Origin: Myxococcota bacterium
Lineage (GTDB): Bacteria; Myxococcota_A; UBA9160; SZUA-336
Reading direction: 5' to 3'
Length of the DNA: 64,000 bases
Assembly: GCA_965247115.1 (NCBI GenBank)
Contig: CBDFGR010000002.1
Span: 832,001-896,000 of the forward strand
Shown: positions 40,241 to 50,514 of the stretch, one piece after another
Numbering within the stretch: the first letter of the stretch is position 1
How the letters are laid out: each line of letters starts with the position of its first letter
Notes under the pieces: model-generated
Database searches by the model: none
What the model was told of the DNA's origin: nothing
The model's input: only the letters and a program-made list of their open reading frames with translations
Made by a program: the position numbers and the translations under genes

Positions 40241-42295
40241 TTGCGCCTCTTCTCGCATCGCAAACGCTCGGCCGCGGCCGGTCCGTTACCAACGGAGCGA
40301 CTGCCCCGGAGAGCCTCGACTGAGGTCTGCCACCCTCTTCCACCTGCGCCACGGGAAGCGGCCGCGCCCGGACCGTGGTGTTATGCCGAAGTCGTGGGCC
40401 CCATCGCCGATGTCTTCCGCGTCTGTCGTCACGCCACGCAGGCGTCGTCTGAGGCACCGATGCCGAGCCTGCAAGCAGCCGTGGACAATCTCAAGGGGTA
40501 CGCGTTCTTCCTCGACGCGGACATGGTCGGGATCTGTTCCGTGCCACGCGACGCCTGGCGCGCCTCTCCGATCCAGGGCCACACGCACGCCCTCGCGGTT
40601 CTTGTCGCCCATCGCAGGCAGATCCGACTCGCCGAGCCGGGCTTCGACTGGATTGCTGGATCGCAGCAAGTAGCGGCCGACATGAGGGCGATGGAGGTCG
40701 CCACAGTCCTGGCCCGCTACATCGGAACGTTGAGTCACGCGGCGACGGCACATACCACCGCGGAAAGCGACGTGGACCTTCACCACGTAGCGCTCGAAGC
40801 GGGCTTGGTCGAGGTCGGCAAGAACGGACTCACGAATCCATTGCTGCGGAGCGGCTACGGGCTGGCGGTGGTCACCACCAGCTTCGATCTCCCAGCCGAT
40901 CGGGCGCTCGCGCCTCGTTCGCCTCTCGAGAACGTCAAAATCCAGTCCGCGTACAGCATCGGCCTGGGCGGGACGCGGGCGAGGTGGCGCAAGCTCGACG
41001 GCCAGGATCGGCCCTGGCATCTCGGCAAGTACCCGATGGAGAAGATCCAGCGTCGGGACGAGACGACGACCCTCATCATCGACGAGGAAGTCCAACGCGT
41101 GCCGGCGAGGCAGAACTTCTTCAGACGCGCGGGCGCAGGAGATCTAGGCCCGCGACCCATGAAGGAGGTCAGGCGCTTCATTGCGAAAGCACCCCATGGT
41201 CTCGCCTCGGCAGACATGCTGGGCCGCCTGAGCCAGCTGCGGGACGGCGAAACGGCAGAGAAGCAGGCTCCGGGTTGCGAGGATCTCGACCGCAATCGCG
41301 ATGCTGTGAAGGCACTCGGGCACTTCCTGGGCGCTGACATGACCGGCGTCTGCGAAGCTCCCCTCCACGCCTGGTACTCGCACCGCGGCGACGGGTCCGA
41401 GATCGTCCCCTGCCACAAGAACGCCATCGTGTTCGTTCTCGACCAGGGCTACGAGACCATGGAGGGGGCGAGCGGCGATGACTGGATCAGCGGTGCCCAA
41501 TCAATGCGAGCCTACCTGAGGGCCGCAATCATCGCGTCGACCCTGGCCGCTCACCTTCGACGCCTGGGATTCTCGGCCCACTCGTACAGCAGCGTGACCG
41601 ACGACCTCAACCACATTCCGCTGCTGCTCCGCGCTGGAATCGGAGAGCTGGTTCTGAACCCCTTCGTCGGGCCTCGCTTCAAGTCCGGTGTGGTCACGAC
41701 GGACTTTCCCATGACTCCGGACAGACCGATCGACTTCGGCCTCCAGGACTTCTGCAGCAAGTGCAACAAGTGCGCGCGGGAGTGTCCAGTGGACGCGATT
41801 CGCTTCGGTGAGAAGACCATGTTCAACGGCTACGAGATGTGGAAGCCGGACGTTCAGCGCTGCGCCTCGTACCGGACCACGAATCAGCGTGGCTCGGCCT
41901 GTGGGCGCTGCATGAAGACCTGCCCGTACAACGCCGAGGGTGTGCTGGCGGAGCGGCCTTTCCAATGGGCGGCGATCAAGCTTCCCTTTGCTCGCAGCTG
42001 GATCGCGCGGCTGGACGACAAAGTGCGCAACGGCTCGATCAATCCGCTGAAGAAGTGGTGGGTCGACATCGAGGTCATCGACGGTCAGCCCGTCGAACCA
42101 CCCAAGGGTGCGAATCGCAGAGAGCTCAGCTTGGAGGCCAAGGTTCGCAAGGACGACAGCTTTGCCATGTTCCCGCCGGAAATCGCGCCGGGTGCGGACC
42201 AAGCCGGGACCTTCCCTATCGATCGCAAGGCGGGGCTTGATGCGGCGCGCAATGCAGAGACCCCGGCGGAGGCGCGGAGGCGCATCAAGAGCTGA
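40241..42295 (+). CDS. rdhA: Catabolic (non-respiratory) B12/2x[4Fe-4S] reductive dehalogenase, NpRdhA-like
   Basis: Duplicated cobalamin-fold domains, DQGYETMEGASGDDWIS, SMRAY, FCSKCNKCARECP, CGRCMKTCP; no Tat signal. Confidence 0.9.
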   Translation: MRLFSHRKRSAAAGPLPTERLPRRASTEVCHPLPPAPREAAAPGPWCYAEVVGPIADVFRVCRHATQASSEAPMPSLQAAVDNLKGYAFFLDADMVGICSVPRDAWRASPIQGHTHALAVLVAHRRQIRLAEPGFDWIAGSQQVAADMRAMEVATVLARYIGTLSHAATAHTTAESDVDLHHVALEAGLVEVGKNGLTNPLLRSGYGLAVVTTSFDLPADRALAPRSPLENVKIQSAYSIGLGGTRARWRKLDGQDRPWHLGKYPMEKIQRRDETTTLIIDEEVQRVPARQNFFRRAGAGDLGPRPMKEVRRFIAKAPHGLASADMLGRLSQLRDGETAEKQAPGCEDLDRNRDAVKALGHFLGADMTGVCEAPLHAWYSHRGDGSEIVPCHKNAIVFVLDQGYETMEGASGDDWISGAQSMRAYLRAAIIASTLAAHLRRLGFSAHSYSSVTDDLNHIPLLLRAGIGELVLNPFVGPRFKSGVVTTDFPMTPDRPIDFGLQDFCSKCNKCARECPVDAIRFGEKTMFNGYEMWKPDVQRCASYRTTNQRGSACGRCMKTCPYNAEGVLAERPFQWAAIKLPFARSWIARLDDKVRNGSINPLKKWWVDIEVIDGQPVEPPKGANRRELSLEAKVRKDDSFAMFPPEIAPGADQAGTFPIDRKAGLDAARNAETPAEARRRIKS

Positions 42296-43442
42296 CAGAC
42301 GGAGAGAACGAGTCGCTTTTTACAAAGTCCGCGATGCAGCGGAGTGTTGCCATGGTGATGGAAGGTACGACGCTCATCATGAGATCCCCTCCATGAACTG
42401 TCCCCATCACCTGTCTGCATTGAGCATCTACTCCAGCCGAGATGGCCGTCCGGTAGAAGGCGATCCCTTCATCTCTCAGAGGGTCACACTCGTTGACAGA
42501 GATGACGCAGCGACAGAGGCCACGGAGGTCATCGCGAGTAGCAAAGCCAGGCCAGGCCAGTATGTCCTTTCGGTCGTGGGCGTCCTGGCCATAAGCCAGA
42601 GCGCCGTTGCCGCCTCCCATCGATAGGAACAGACCGTTGTTCACACGATCCAGGTGCGAGTCGCCGAGTGCTCCCTCGTGAGTGACCTCTTGCGGCCACG
42701 ATCCGGCGATGTAGGGACACATCGAGAAGAAGCCCTTGGGAAGAAGCTCAGCCTGGGAACCCTCCCGGAGGGCTTTCAGTGCCACAGCAATGGTCAGGTT
42801 TCCGCCGCCGGACTCGCCCGCTACGCACACTTGAGCGCGGTCAATGCCGAGGTCATCGGCGTGGTCGTGTACCCAGCACAGACCGGAGTAACAATCATTC
42901 AGGCCCCCGGGAAAGGGCGACAGATCCGGGGTGGAAGAAGGTGTAGTGCTGTTCCTGAAGTCCACCATCATCACCGCAACGCCAAAATGCCTGGCCAGCA
43001 TCCTGTCAATGCACTTGTACATAGGGTCATCTATGGACCCTGACGCCATTCCCCCTCCGTGAATGTAATAAACGAGAGGAAGAGCACCCTCGTTACTACT
43101 GCTACGAGTCAATCTCATCTTGATCGCGTTGTTGTCCGGCTGGGAGGTTATGTCCGTATCCGTGATCTCCAGCCCTTCCTTGCTCCAAAGAGCCCTCACC
43201 TCGTCGGACGGCCGAGGTGCATTGAGACCCAACTGCTCCATGGGGTCATGGCGAGTCGCGTTTCTTGCTCTGACAAGGTCCTCGCGAGTCTCGTATTGGA
43301 CCTCCTCGGAGTGAGGTAACGTCTTAAAGTCGGCGAACATCGACTTGATGCGAGGGTCGATGCGCGGATCCTCCTGCATGTTTGCGGGGTTTGGAAGACG
43401 CGGATCAGTCCGTGGGTTCTGAGTGTCATTGTTAGAAGCCAT
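42285..43442 (-). CDS. Alpha/beta hydrolase, HSL-like (family IV) esterase
   Basis: HGGG, GESGGGNL, DPLRDEG, H. Confidence 0.9.
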   Translation of the reverse strand: MASNNDTQNPRTDPRLPNPANMQEDPRIDPRIKSMFADFKTLPHSEEVQYETREDLVRARNATRHDPMEQLGLNAPRPSDEVRALWSKEGLEITDTDITSQPDNNAIKMRLTRSSSNEGALPLVYYIHGGGMASGSIDDPMYKCIDRMLARHFGVAVMMVDFRNSTTPSSTPDLSPFPGGLNDCYSGLCWVHDHADDLGIDRAQVCVAGESGGGNLTIAVALKALREGSQAELLPKGFFSMCPYIAGSWPQEVTHEGALGDSHLDRVNNGLFLSMGGGNGALAYGQDAHDRKDILAWPGFATRDDLRGLCRCVISVNECDPLRDEGIAFYRTAISAGVDAQCRQVMGTVHGGDLMMSVVPSITMATLRCIADFVKSDSFSPSVSS

Positions 43443-43537
43443 GCCCCAGAGCATATGGGCAACAAACAAGGTTTTCCAGCCGGTAGTCTATGCCCCATTG
43501 TGGATGGGTCGTACCCAATTGTGGTGGAGAGTCAGCA

Positions 43538-43867
43538 GTGGCGTTTGACGAAGGAGTGGCCGAACGGCTGCGCGAAATATTCGATGGCCAGCCGGATATC
43601 GTTGAACAGAAGATGTTTGGCGGAATTGCGTTCATGCATTCGGGGAACATGTGCTGTGGAATCGTCAACGACGTCCTGATGGCACGAGTGGGTCCAGACG
43701 CCTACCCGGACGCACTGACGAGACCTTACGCACGCGAAATGGACTTTACCGGGAGATCGATGAAGGGGTTCGTCTACGTCGATCCGGACGGCTTTGCCGA
43801 GGATGATCAACTACGTGAGTGGGTGAGTCTCAGTCTGGCGTTTACTGCCTCGCTGCCGGCAAAATAG
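43538..43867 (+). CDS. TfoX/Sxy N-terminal domain protein
   Basis: KMFGGIAFM..GNM.CG, MDFTGR.MKGFV.V, SLPAK. Confidence 0.85.
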   Translation: MAFDEGVAERLREIFDGQPDIVEQKMFGGIAFMHSGNMCCGIVNDVLMARVGPDAYPDALTRPYAREMDFTGRSMKGFVYVDPDGFAEDDQLREWVSLSLAFTASLPAK

Positions 43868-43919
43868 ATTCACCCCATGAAAACTGACGCGTGGGGTAGC
43901 CTGGGCACAGGAGGATGTC

Positions 43920-44702
43920 ATGAAGAAGGTTCTCTTCGAGAAGCGCGGGGCCGTGGCGTACGTCACGATCAACCGCCCCGAGCGCCTGAACGCCTGTGAC
44001 TTCGAGACGTACGGCTTGCTCAACGACGCCTGGCGTCGCGTGGAAGAAGACGCCGAGGTTCGCGTCGCCCTCTTCACGGGCGCCGGAGAACGCGCGTTCT
44101 GCGCCGGGAGTGACGTCAAGTCTGACTACATCGACAGCGGGGGTGGCCGCCGCGCCGCGGACCGGCGGGACGACGCAAGCGACGCCTTTCCGGGGCTGGC
44201 GAGGGTCCGCAAGCCGATCATCTGTGCGATCAACGGTCACGCGAACGGCGGCGGCCTGGAGCAAGCGCTGGCGTGCGACATCCGCGTGGCGTCCGAGCAC
44301 GCGCAGTTTGGCCTGGGCGAGGTTCGGCTCGGCTGGCTCCCCGGCGGGGGCGGTACCCAGCGGCTCCCCCGCATCTTGCCACTCGGGCGCGCACTCGAGT
44401 TGCTCTACACCGGCAATCGCATCGACGCGGCCGAGGCCCTGCGGCTCGGCCTGGTGGACCACGTGGTGCCGCTCGCCGAGCTCATGTCGAAGGCCGAGTC
44501 AATCGCGGACGAGATCTGCAAGAGCGCGCCCTTGGCGGTACAGCGCATCAAGGAGGTCGCGCTGCGCGGACTCGACTTGCCGCTCGAGTCGGCGCTTCAG
44601 CTCGAGAACGAGGGGTTTCGCTGGCTGATGCAGACCGAGGATGCCATCGAGGGTGCCCTTGCGTTCGCCGAGAAGCGTCCGCCGCGCTGGAGCGGTAAGT
44701 AG
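43920..44702 (+). CDS. Enoyl-CoA hydratase/isomerase
   Basis: INRPE..NA, AFCAG.D, GGGLE, EV..G..P..GGTQRL, AFAEKR.P. Confidence 0.92.
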   Translation: MKKVLFEKRGAVAYVTINRPERLNACDFETYGLLNDAWRRVEEDAEVRVALFTGAGERAFCAGSDVKSDYIDSGGGRRAADRRDDASDAFPGLARVRKPIICAINGHANGGGLEQALACDIRVASEHAQFGLGEVRLGWLPGGGGTQRLPRILPLGRALELLYTGNRIDAAEALRLGLVDHVVPLAELMSKAESIADEICKSAPLAVQRIKEVALRGLDLPLESALQLENEGFRWLMQTEDAIEGALAFAEKRPPRWSGK

Positions 44703-44787
44703 GACCGTCTCCTCTGTTGGCCTGTGGCCGGTATGATGATAGATCAGTCCTCGTAGAGACCCATAGCAGCGGACTTCGGAGGAGCGA

Positions 44788-46830
44788 ATGCCGAATCTCA
44801 GAGTAGCCGTCGACATCGGCGGTACGTTCACCGATATCTGCATCCTGGACGAGTCGACGGGGAAGATTCGGGTAGCCAAGACCGGCTCGACCCCGGACGA
44901 CCCGCTAGAGGGAGCCATGAAGGGGCTCCAGGATGCCAGCGTGGATCTGTCGGAGGTGACGCTCCTCTCCCACGGCACCACCATCGCGACCAACGCACTG
45001 ATCACGCGGCGCTTTCCACCCGCCGCGATGGTGTGCACGCGGGGCTACCGCGACGTGATCGAGATCCGGCGCGCCAACAAGGAAGATCTCTGGGACCTCT
45101 ACAAGGACGTCGCGCAGCCCTATGTCCGCCGCCGAGACCGGCTGGTCGTGAGCGAGCGCGTCGATCACGCGGGCCGCGTCGTCGAGCCACTCGACGAGGC
45201 CGAAGCGCGCGAGGTCGCGCGCATCCTCGGCAAGCGCGGCGTTCGCTCCATCGCCGTCTGCTTCATGAATTCCTTCATGAATCCCGCACACGAGCTACGC
45301 ATGAAGGAGATCCTCGCCGAGGCGCTGCCCGAGGTGGAGATTTCGACCTCGGCGGAGACCTTGCCCGAGATCTTCGAGCACGAACGCTTCTCCACGACGG
45401 TGGTGAACTCGATTCTGAGCCCAGTGGTCGGCAGCTACGTGACGCGCATGAGCGAGCAGCTGCGAGAAGGCGGCTACAAGAGCGACCTGCTGATGCTCCA
45501 CAGCGGCGGCGGCGTGATGACGGCCTCCACCGCGAGGCGCTTTGCCGGCCGCCTGGCGGGCTCCGGCATCGCGGCCGGCGCCATCGCCAGCCGGCACATC
45601 GCAAGGCTCTGTGGCTACGAGGACTCGATCGGCCTCGACATGGGCGGCACCAGCTGCGACGTCTCCCTGGTCTCCCGCGGCGAGTCCCGGGTGACCAAGG
45701 ACTGGCAGATCGAATTCGGCTATCCGATCCGCTTTCCCAGCATCGAGGTCCTGACGATCGGCGCCGGCGGCGGCTCTCTGGCGCAGATCGACGCGGCCGG
45801 CTCACTGCGAAGTGGCCCGGAATCTGCCGGAGCCGATCCGGGCCCAGCCTGCTACGGCCGCGGCAACCAGGTGCCCACCACGACGGACGCCAACGTCTTG
45901 CTCGGCCGGCTCGGAACCTCGCTCGCCGGCGGTCAGATCACTCTGGATCGCGCGGCCGCGGAGATCGCAGTCCGTCTGGGCGTGGGAGAACCGCTGAAGC
46001 TGGATAATGATGCCGCCGCCAAGGCGATCATCAGCGTCGCCAACGCGAACATGGCGGACGCCGTGCGCCTGATCTCGATCGGCCGCGGTTACGATCCGCG
46101 TGACTTTGCCCTGGTTGCGTTTGGCGGCGCCGGGGCCCTGCACGGCGCCGCACTCGCGGCAGAGCTCTCGATTCCCACCGTGATCATCCCACCGAACCCC
46201 GGTGTGACCTCCGCCCTGGGTTGCCTGCTGGTCGACATCCGCCACGACCTCGCCCATAGCTACCTCAAGCCCGCGGCAGAGGCCGATGTTGCGGACATCG
46301 AAGCGCGCTTCGCCGAGCTGGAGCGGGAGGCTCACATTCGACTCGAAAAGGAGGACGTAGCCCCCGAGAACATGGCGCTGCAGCGCTCGATCGACATGAT
46401 GTACCAGGGACAGTGGCGCTCGCTGAGCGTTCCGGTGGGCGCGCCCTTCGAGTCGATCGAGAGCGCGACCGAGGCGTTCCACCGCGACCACGAGCGGGAG
46501 TACGCCTATCGGCGAGACGACGCGCCGATCGATCTCTTCCGTCTCAACCTCTCCGCGGTGGGCATCACTCCCAAGGCGGAGCTGGTCCGACACGCGGGTA
46601 ACGGCTCGAAGCCCAGGCCTTGGGGCAAGCGTCTGGTGAGCTTCCACGGGCTCGAGCGCGCTGTGGAGAGCCCGATCTTTCTGCACGACGAGCTTCCGGC
46701 CGGCGGTCTGATCGAGGGCCCAGCCGTCATCGAGCAGCTCGACTCGACGACGCTGATCCCGCCAGGGGTCCGAGCGGAGACGGACGAGTGGCTCAATCTG
46801 AGAATCCACGTCGCGGAGGCGAAGCGATGA
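44788..46830 (+). CDS. Hydantoinase/oxoprolinase subunit A (ATP-dependent lactamase)
   Basis: DIGGTFTD, HGTT.ATN, DMGGTS.D, GAGGGS, SAGADPGPACY, FGGAG. Confidence 0.93.
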   Translation: MPNLRVAVDIGGTFTDICILDESTGKIRVAKTGSTPDDPLEGAMKGLQDASVDLSEVTLLSHGTTIATNALITRRFPPAAMVCTRGYRDVIEIRRANKEDLWDLYKDVAQPYVRRRDRLVVSERVDHAGRVVEPLDEAEAREVARILGKRGVRSIAVCFMNSFMNPAHELRMKEILAEALPEVEISTSAETLPEIFEHERFSTTVVNSILSPVVGSYVTRMSEQLREGGYKSDLLMLHSGGGVMTASTARRFAGRLAGSGIAAGAIASRHIARLCGYEDSIGLDMGGTSCDVSLVSRGESRVTKDWQIEFGYPIRFPSIEVLTIGAGGGSLAQIDAAGSLRSGPESAGADPGPACYGRGNQVPTTTDANVLLGRLGTSLAGGQITLDRAAAEIAVRLGVGEPLKLDNDAAAKAIISVANANMADAVRLISIGRGYDPRDFALVAFGGAGALHGAALAAELSIPTVIIPPNPGVTSALGCLLVDIRHDLAHSYLKPAAEADVADIEARFAELEREAHIRLEKEDVAPENMALQRSIDMMYQGQWRSLSVPVGAPFESIESATEAFHRDHEREYAYRRDDAPIDLFRLNLSAVGITPKAELVRHAGNGSKPRPWGKRLVSFHGLERAVESPIFLHDELPAGGLIEGPAVIEQLDSTTLIPPGVRAETDEWLNLRIHVAEAKR

Positions 46831-48818
46831 GCCAGCAGTACACGGGAAGTTCACTCGATCCGGTCACGTTCGAAGTTCTCAAGAACTCGTTCATCACGAC
46901 CGTGGACCAGATGGCCGAGCAGGTTCTCAGGACCTGCTACTCCTTCGTCATCTACAACCGCGATTTCTCCTCCGCGCTGAACGACGCGAACGGTGATTCC
47001 GTCGCCCAGGGGAACATGGATCTCGCCGCCCACGTGGGCACCCTGCACTACACCTGCAAGGAAGTGATCCGCTTCTTCTCGGGCCGGATGAAGCCCGGTG
47101 ATGTCTACATGATCAACGATCCATACGCTGGCGGGACCCACTTCAACGACGTCCGGTTGATCCGACCGATCTTCGTGCACGACGAGCTCATCGGCTTCAG
47201 CCAGTCCAACGGTCACTGGTCCGACATCGGCGGGAGCGTGCCGGGGTCCTTCGACGTGCTGGCCAAGGAGATGTTCCGCGAGGGCGTGCGCATCACGCCG
47301 GTTCGCGTCTTCGACGGCGGGGAGTTCCGAGACGACGTGGCGCACCTGATCGCCGCCAACACGCGCGATCCCGTTTCGGTGATCGGAGACATGCGCGCCC
47401 AGGCCGAGGCGACGCGGGTGGCCGAGAGGGAGATCCAGAGGCTCGTGGAGAAGTACGGCGTGAAGACCGTGCTCAGCGGCTTTGCGGAGGTACAGGACTA
47501 CGTCGAGCGCGCCACCCGCCAGCGGATCGCCGAGGTTCCCGACGGGACCTGGGAGAGCGAGGACTACATCGACCGCGACCCGGCGGGCGAGGAAGGACTG
47601 ATTCCGATCAAGGTCAAGCTGACCATCCAGGGAGACGAGGTCACCTACGACTTCACGGGCAGCCACCCGACCATCGAAACGCTCTACAACTCCGCTTTCG
47701 GGGGCACCTTCTCGGCGATCGTGTCGGGCATGAAGACCTTCTTTCCCGATCTGCCACTGAACTCCGGCTTCTATCGGCCGATCAAGCTAGTGGTGCCGGA
47801 GGACACCGTGGTGTCTGCGCGCTGGCCTGTGGCGGTGACCGGGTTCATCATGCCCTTCGAGAAGATCATGAACGCGACCTACGAGATCTGGTCGCAGATC
47901 GTGCCGGAGCGCGCGGTCGCCTGCAGCTTCAACATCGAATATCTGCTGACCGGAGGGCGCGACACGCGGTCCGCGGAGAAGCCGACCTTCATGTTCTACG
48001 ATTGGCTTCCCGGCGGCTGGGGCGGGCGCAACGGCCTGGACGGGTGCAACGTCACGACCGCTTGTTTCGGCACGGGCCTGATGACGCAGCCAGTCGAGGG
48101 GCAGGAGCGGCTCAACCCGATCTTGGCGAACGAGTGCCAGCTCCTCACGGACTCCGCGGGGCCAGGGAAATGGCGGGGCGGCGTCGGCCTGGTCAAGACC
48201 AGCACGATCGGCGCCGCGGAACGCACGGTGATCTCCTACATCTGTGACCGCGAGCGCGCGATCGTCTGGGGGACCGAGGGCGGGCTGCCCTCCATGCCCC
48301 AGGGGCTCTGGCTCCAGCGTGCGGGCTCGGACAAGCGCGATTGGCTCGGGTCGATGTTCTCCGACGTTCCGATCGGGTCAGGAGACGTCTTCAGCCGACC
48401 CACCGCGGGCGGCGGTGGCCTCGGCGATCCGCTGGAGCGCGACCCCGAGGCCGTGATGCGGGACGTCGAGGACGACTACGTGTCCATCGGGCGGGCGAAA
48501 CGGGACTACGGCGTGGTGCTCGACATCGTGGACGCGGATCTCGCGCAGTACTCGATCGACCTCGAGGCGACGCGGGCCGAGCGCGCTCGGATTGCCGGAG
48601 CGCGCAAGGGCTGGCTGAAAGAAGACCCGGAGCAGGTGGCGAAGCGCTACCGAGAAGACGAGCTCAATCAGCTCGACCTGGTGCGCCGTTACGGCGTGAT
48701 CGTCGACTGGGGCAGTGGGGAGCTGCTGCCCAAGACCACCGCGCAGTTTCGCGAGATGATGCAGAGGCGCTCCGCCTCCCACTGGAACGGCGCCCCGGCC
48801 ACGCGGGCGACGTCGTGA
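46827..48818 (+). CDS. Hydantoinase B/oxoprolinase subunit B
   Basis: LDPVTFEV, RDFS, NDPY.GGTH.ND, HWSDIGG, GGGG.GDPLER; ATGA overlap with subunit A. Confidence 0.93.
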   Translation: MSQQYTGSSLDPVTFEVLKNSFITTVDQMAEQVLRTCYSFVIYNRDFSSALNDANGDSVAQGNMDLAAHVGTLHYTCKEVIRFFSGRMKPGDVYMINDPYAGGTHFNDVRLIRPIFVHDELIGFSQSNGHWSDIGGSVPGSFDVLAKEMFREGVRITPVRVFDGGEFRDDVAHLIAANTRDPVSVIGDMRAQAEATRVAEREIQRLVEKYGVKTVLSGFAEVQDYVERATRQRIAEVPDGTWESEDYIDRDPAGEEGLIPIKVKLTIQGDEVTYDFTGSHPTIETLYNSAFGGTFSAIVSGMKTFFPDLPLNSGFYRPIKLVVPEDTVVSARWPVAVTGFIMPFEKIMNATYEIWSQIVPERAVACSFNIEYLLTGGRDTRSAEKPTFMFYDWLPGGWGGRNGLDGCNVTTACFGTGLMTQPVEGQERLNPILANECQLLTDSAGPGKWRGGVGLVKTSTIGAAERTVISYICDRERAIVWGTEGGLPSMPQGLWLQRAGSDKRDWLGSMFSDVPIGSGDVFSRPTAGGGGLGDPLERDPEAVMRDVEDDYVSIGRAKRDYGVVLDIVDADLAQYSIDLEATRAERARIAGARKGWLKEDPEQVAKRYREDELNQLDLVRRYGVIVDWGSGELLPKTTAQFREMMQRRSASHWNGAPATRATS

Positions 48819-49801
48819 TGGGCGAGGAAACCACGACGATCGCATCTGCCTCTCACCGTCAGACCCGCTACAGCCCGGCGCCGCAGCTCACGTCGGCCAA
48901 GGCCTTGCCACTGCCACCGCCCACAGCGAACCTCGAGCAGGCCCTGCAGGACATTCGAGAGTACGGAGTCTGCCAGCTGACGGATGTGCTGCAGACAGCG
49001 GAGGTCGAGACGCTGCGCGCCATGCTCGACCAGCAGGCCGCCGCCGAGCGGGCGCTTGGCGAGCTTGCGCCACCGACCGGCCAGGAAAACAAGCAGGGGA
49101 TCTCGAACATGGTGAACAAGGGAGCCGTGTTCCTCGACCTGCTCGAGCGCCCCGAGGTCGACCCTCTTGCCGGAATGATGCTGGGCAAGAGCTTCTTGCT
49201 GTCGAGCCTTACGGGCGGGACGTACCACGGACCAACGCACGAGCCGCAACCCCTGCACCGCGACCAGGGACAAGTGCCGGCGACGGTGGATTTCCCGGCT
49301 GCGTGTATCCTGTTCTGGCTCCTCGATGACTTCACGCCCGAACGCGGCAGCACCTGGTTCGTCCCCGGCAGCCATCGCTGGCAGGCCGAGCATCTGGTCG
49401 AGGCGCCCCCGCGGGAGATGGCCGTTCAGAACGAGGCGCCGGCGGGCAGCCTGGTTGTGTGGGACGGAAGGATCTGGCACGGCGCTGGCGCCAACAGGGA
49501 AGGCCACAGCCGGCGCCACATCGCGACCTTCTTCTGTCTGCCCTGGATGCGCCAGCAAGAGAACTGGGGTGTCTCGTGCCTGCAGGAGGTCTTGGACGAG
49601 GCCAGTCCCAAGCTCAAGGCGCGTCTGGGCCTGCAGACCTATGGCACGCTTGGCGGCGTGAACGGCACTGCGACTGGAGACAGGAGATCCGGCTTGGGGA
49701 ACGCGCCGGTCGAGTTCCCCGAGTACATCATCGGCGAGGCCGAAACCCTCCACCCGCTGCGCCGCGTAACGCGCGCCATCCGCGCAGACGGTCAGTCGTA
49801 G
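48818..49801 (+). CDS. PhyH-family dioxygenase
   Basis: QPLHRDQ, LDDFT...GST.FVPGSH, WHGAGAN, RQQEN; TGATG coupling to subunit B. Confidence 0.85.
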   Translation: MGEETTTIASASHRQTRYSPAPQLTSAKALPLPPPTANLEQALQDIREYGVCQLTDVLQTAEVETLRAMLDQQAAAERALGELAPPTGQENKQGISNMVNKGAVFLDLLERPEVDPLAGMMLGKSFLLSSLTGGTYHGPTHEPQPLHRDQGQVPATVDFPAACILFWLLDDFTPERGSTWFVPGSHRWQAEHLVEAPPREMAVQNEAPAGSLVVWDGRIWHGAGANREGHSRRHIATFFCLPWMRQQENWGVSCLQEVLDEASPKLKARLGLQTYGTLGGVNGTATGDRRSGLGNAPVEFPEYIIGEAETLHPLRRVTRAIRADGQS

Positions 49802-49811
49802 CCGCTGCACC

Positions 49812-50510
49812 TCACAGGGGTTTCACTGCCTTCTTCGCTGCGTCTCTGATCCGTTTCTCGTCCTGAAAATAGGTCTCCGGGGGTAGCGGGAAGAACTGCT
49901 GCCGCCTGCGCTCGAGCAGCACCTCGAGGCCGCCCCGGTTCGTGAACAGGAGCTTCTCGTTGCGGTCGAAGATGGAGATCGACACGGAAGAGGCGGCAAT
50001 CGTGCCCTTGAACCTGCCCGAGCCCTTGTTCTGGACTCTCTGTTTGGCGCCGTCCCACTTCGCCCTGTCGGCCTCGTACTCCGCGTTGACCACCTGAAGC
50101 CGGATGGCGACGACGGCATCCACCGGGTATCGGAACATCAGCTCGCGATAGCTGTGCTCGCGAACGGCCTGTGTGCGCGCGTTGTCGACCTGGCCGGTAC
50201 TCGCGTTCTGAACCCCCCCGACCTGCTGTTCCATCGTCGCTCTGAGCGTGCGAAGGACCGAGGCGGGGATGACCTCGTAGCCTCGCTTCTCGAGGTGCTT
50301 GGTGATCTCCCCCTGGACGATTACCTCGGCAGAGTCGGGCATTTGAAGCGCTGGCGCGGCATCGATGGGCGACAGTGCCACCACCTTGACGCGGCTCTTG
50401 AACAGCTTCTTGTCCATACGGAAGGGCGAATCGTCGGCCGCGGCCGCGGAGAACGCGAGCAACCCGCAGGTCGTAGTGATCGCCGTCAGGATTCTCGTCA
50501 GCTTCGCCAT
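49812..50510 (-). CDS. Secreted hypothetical protein, last gene of the S8-M48 operon
   Basis: Signal peptide ..SAAAA; starts 4 nt after the M48 stop. Confidence 0.7.
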   Translation of the reverse strand: MAKLTRILTAITTTCGLLAFSAAAADDSPFRMDKKLFKSRVKVVALSPIDAAPALQMPDSAEVIVQGEITKHLEKRGYEVIPASVLRTLRATMEQQVGGVQNASTGQVDNARTQAVREHSYRELMFRYPVDAVVAIRLQVVNAEYEADRAKWDGAKQRVQNKGSGRFKGTIAASSVSISIFDRNEKLLFTNRGGLEVLLERRRQQFFPLPPETYFQDEKRIRDAAKKAVKPL

Positions 50511-50514
50511 CCAC

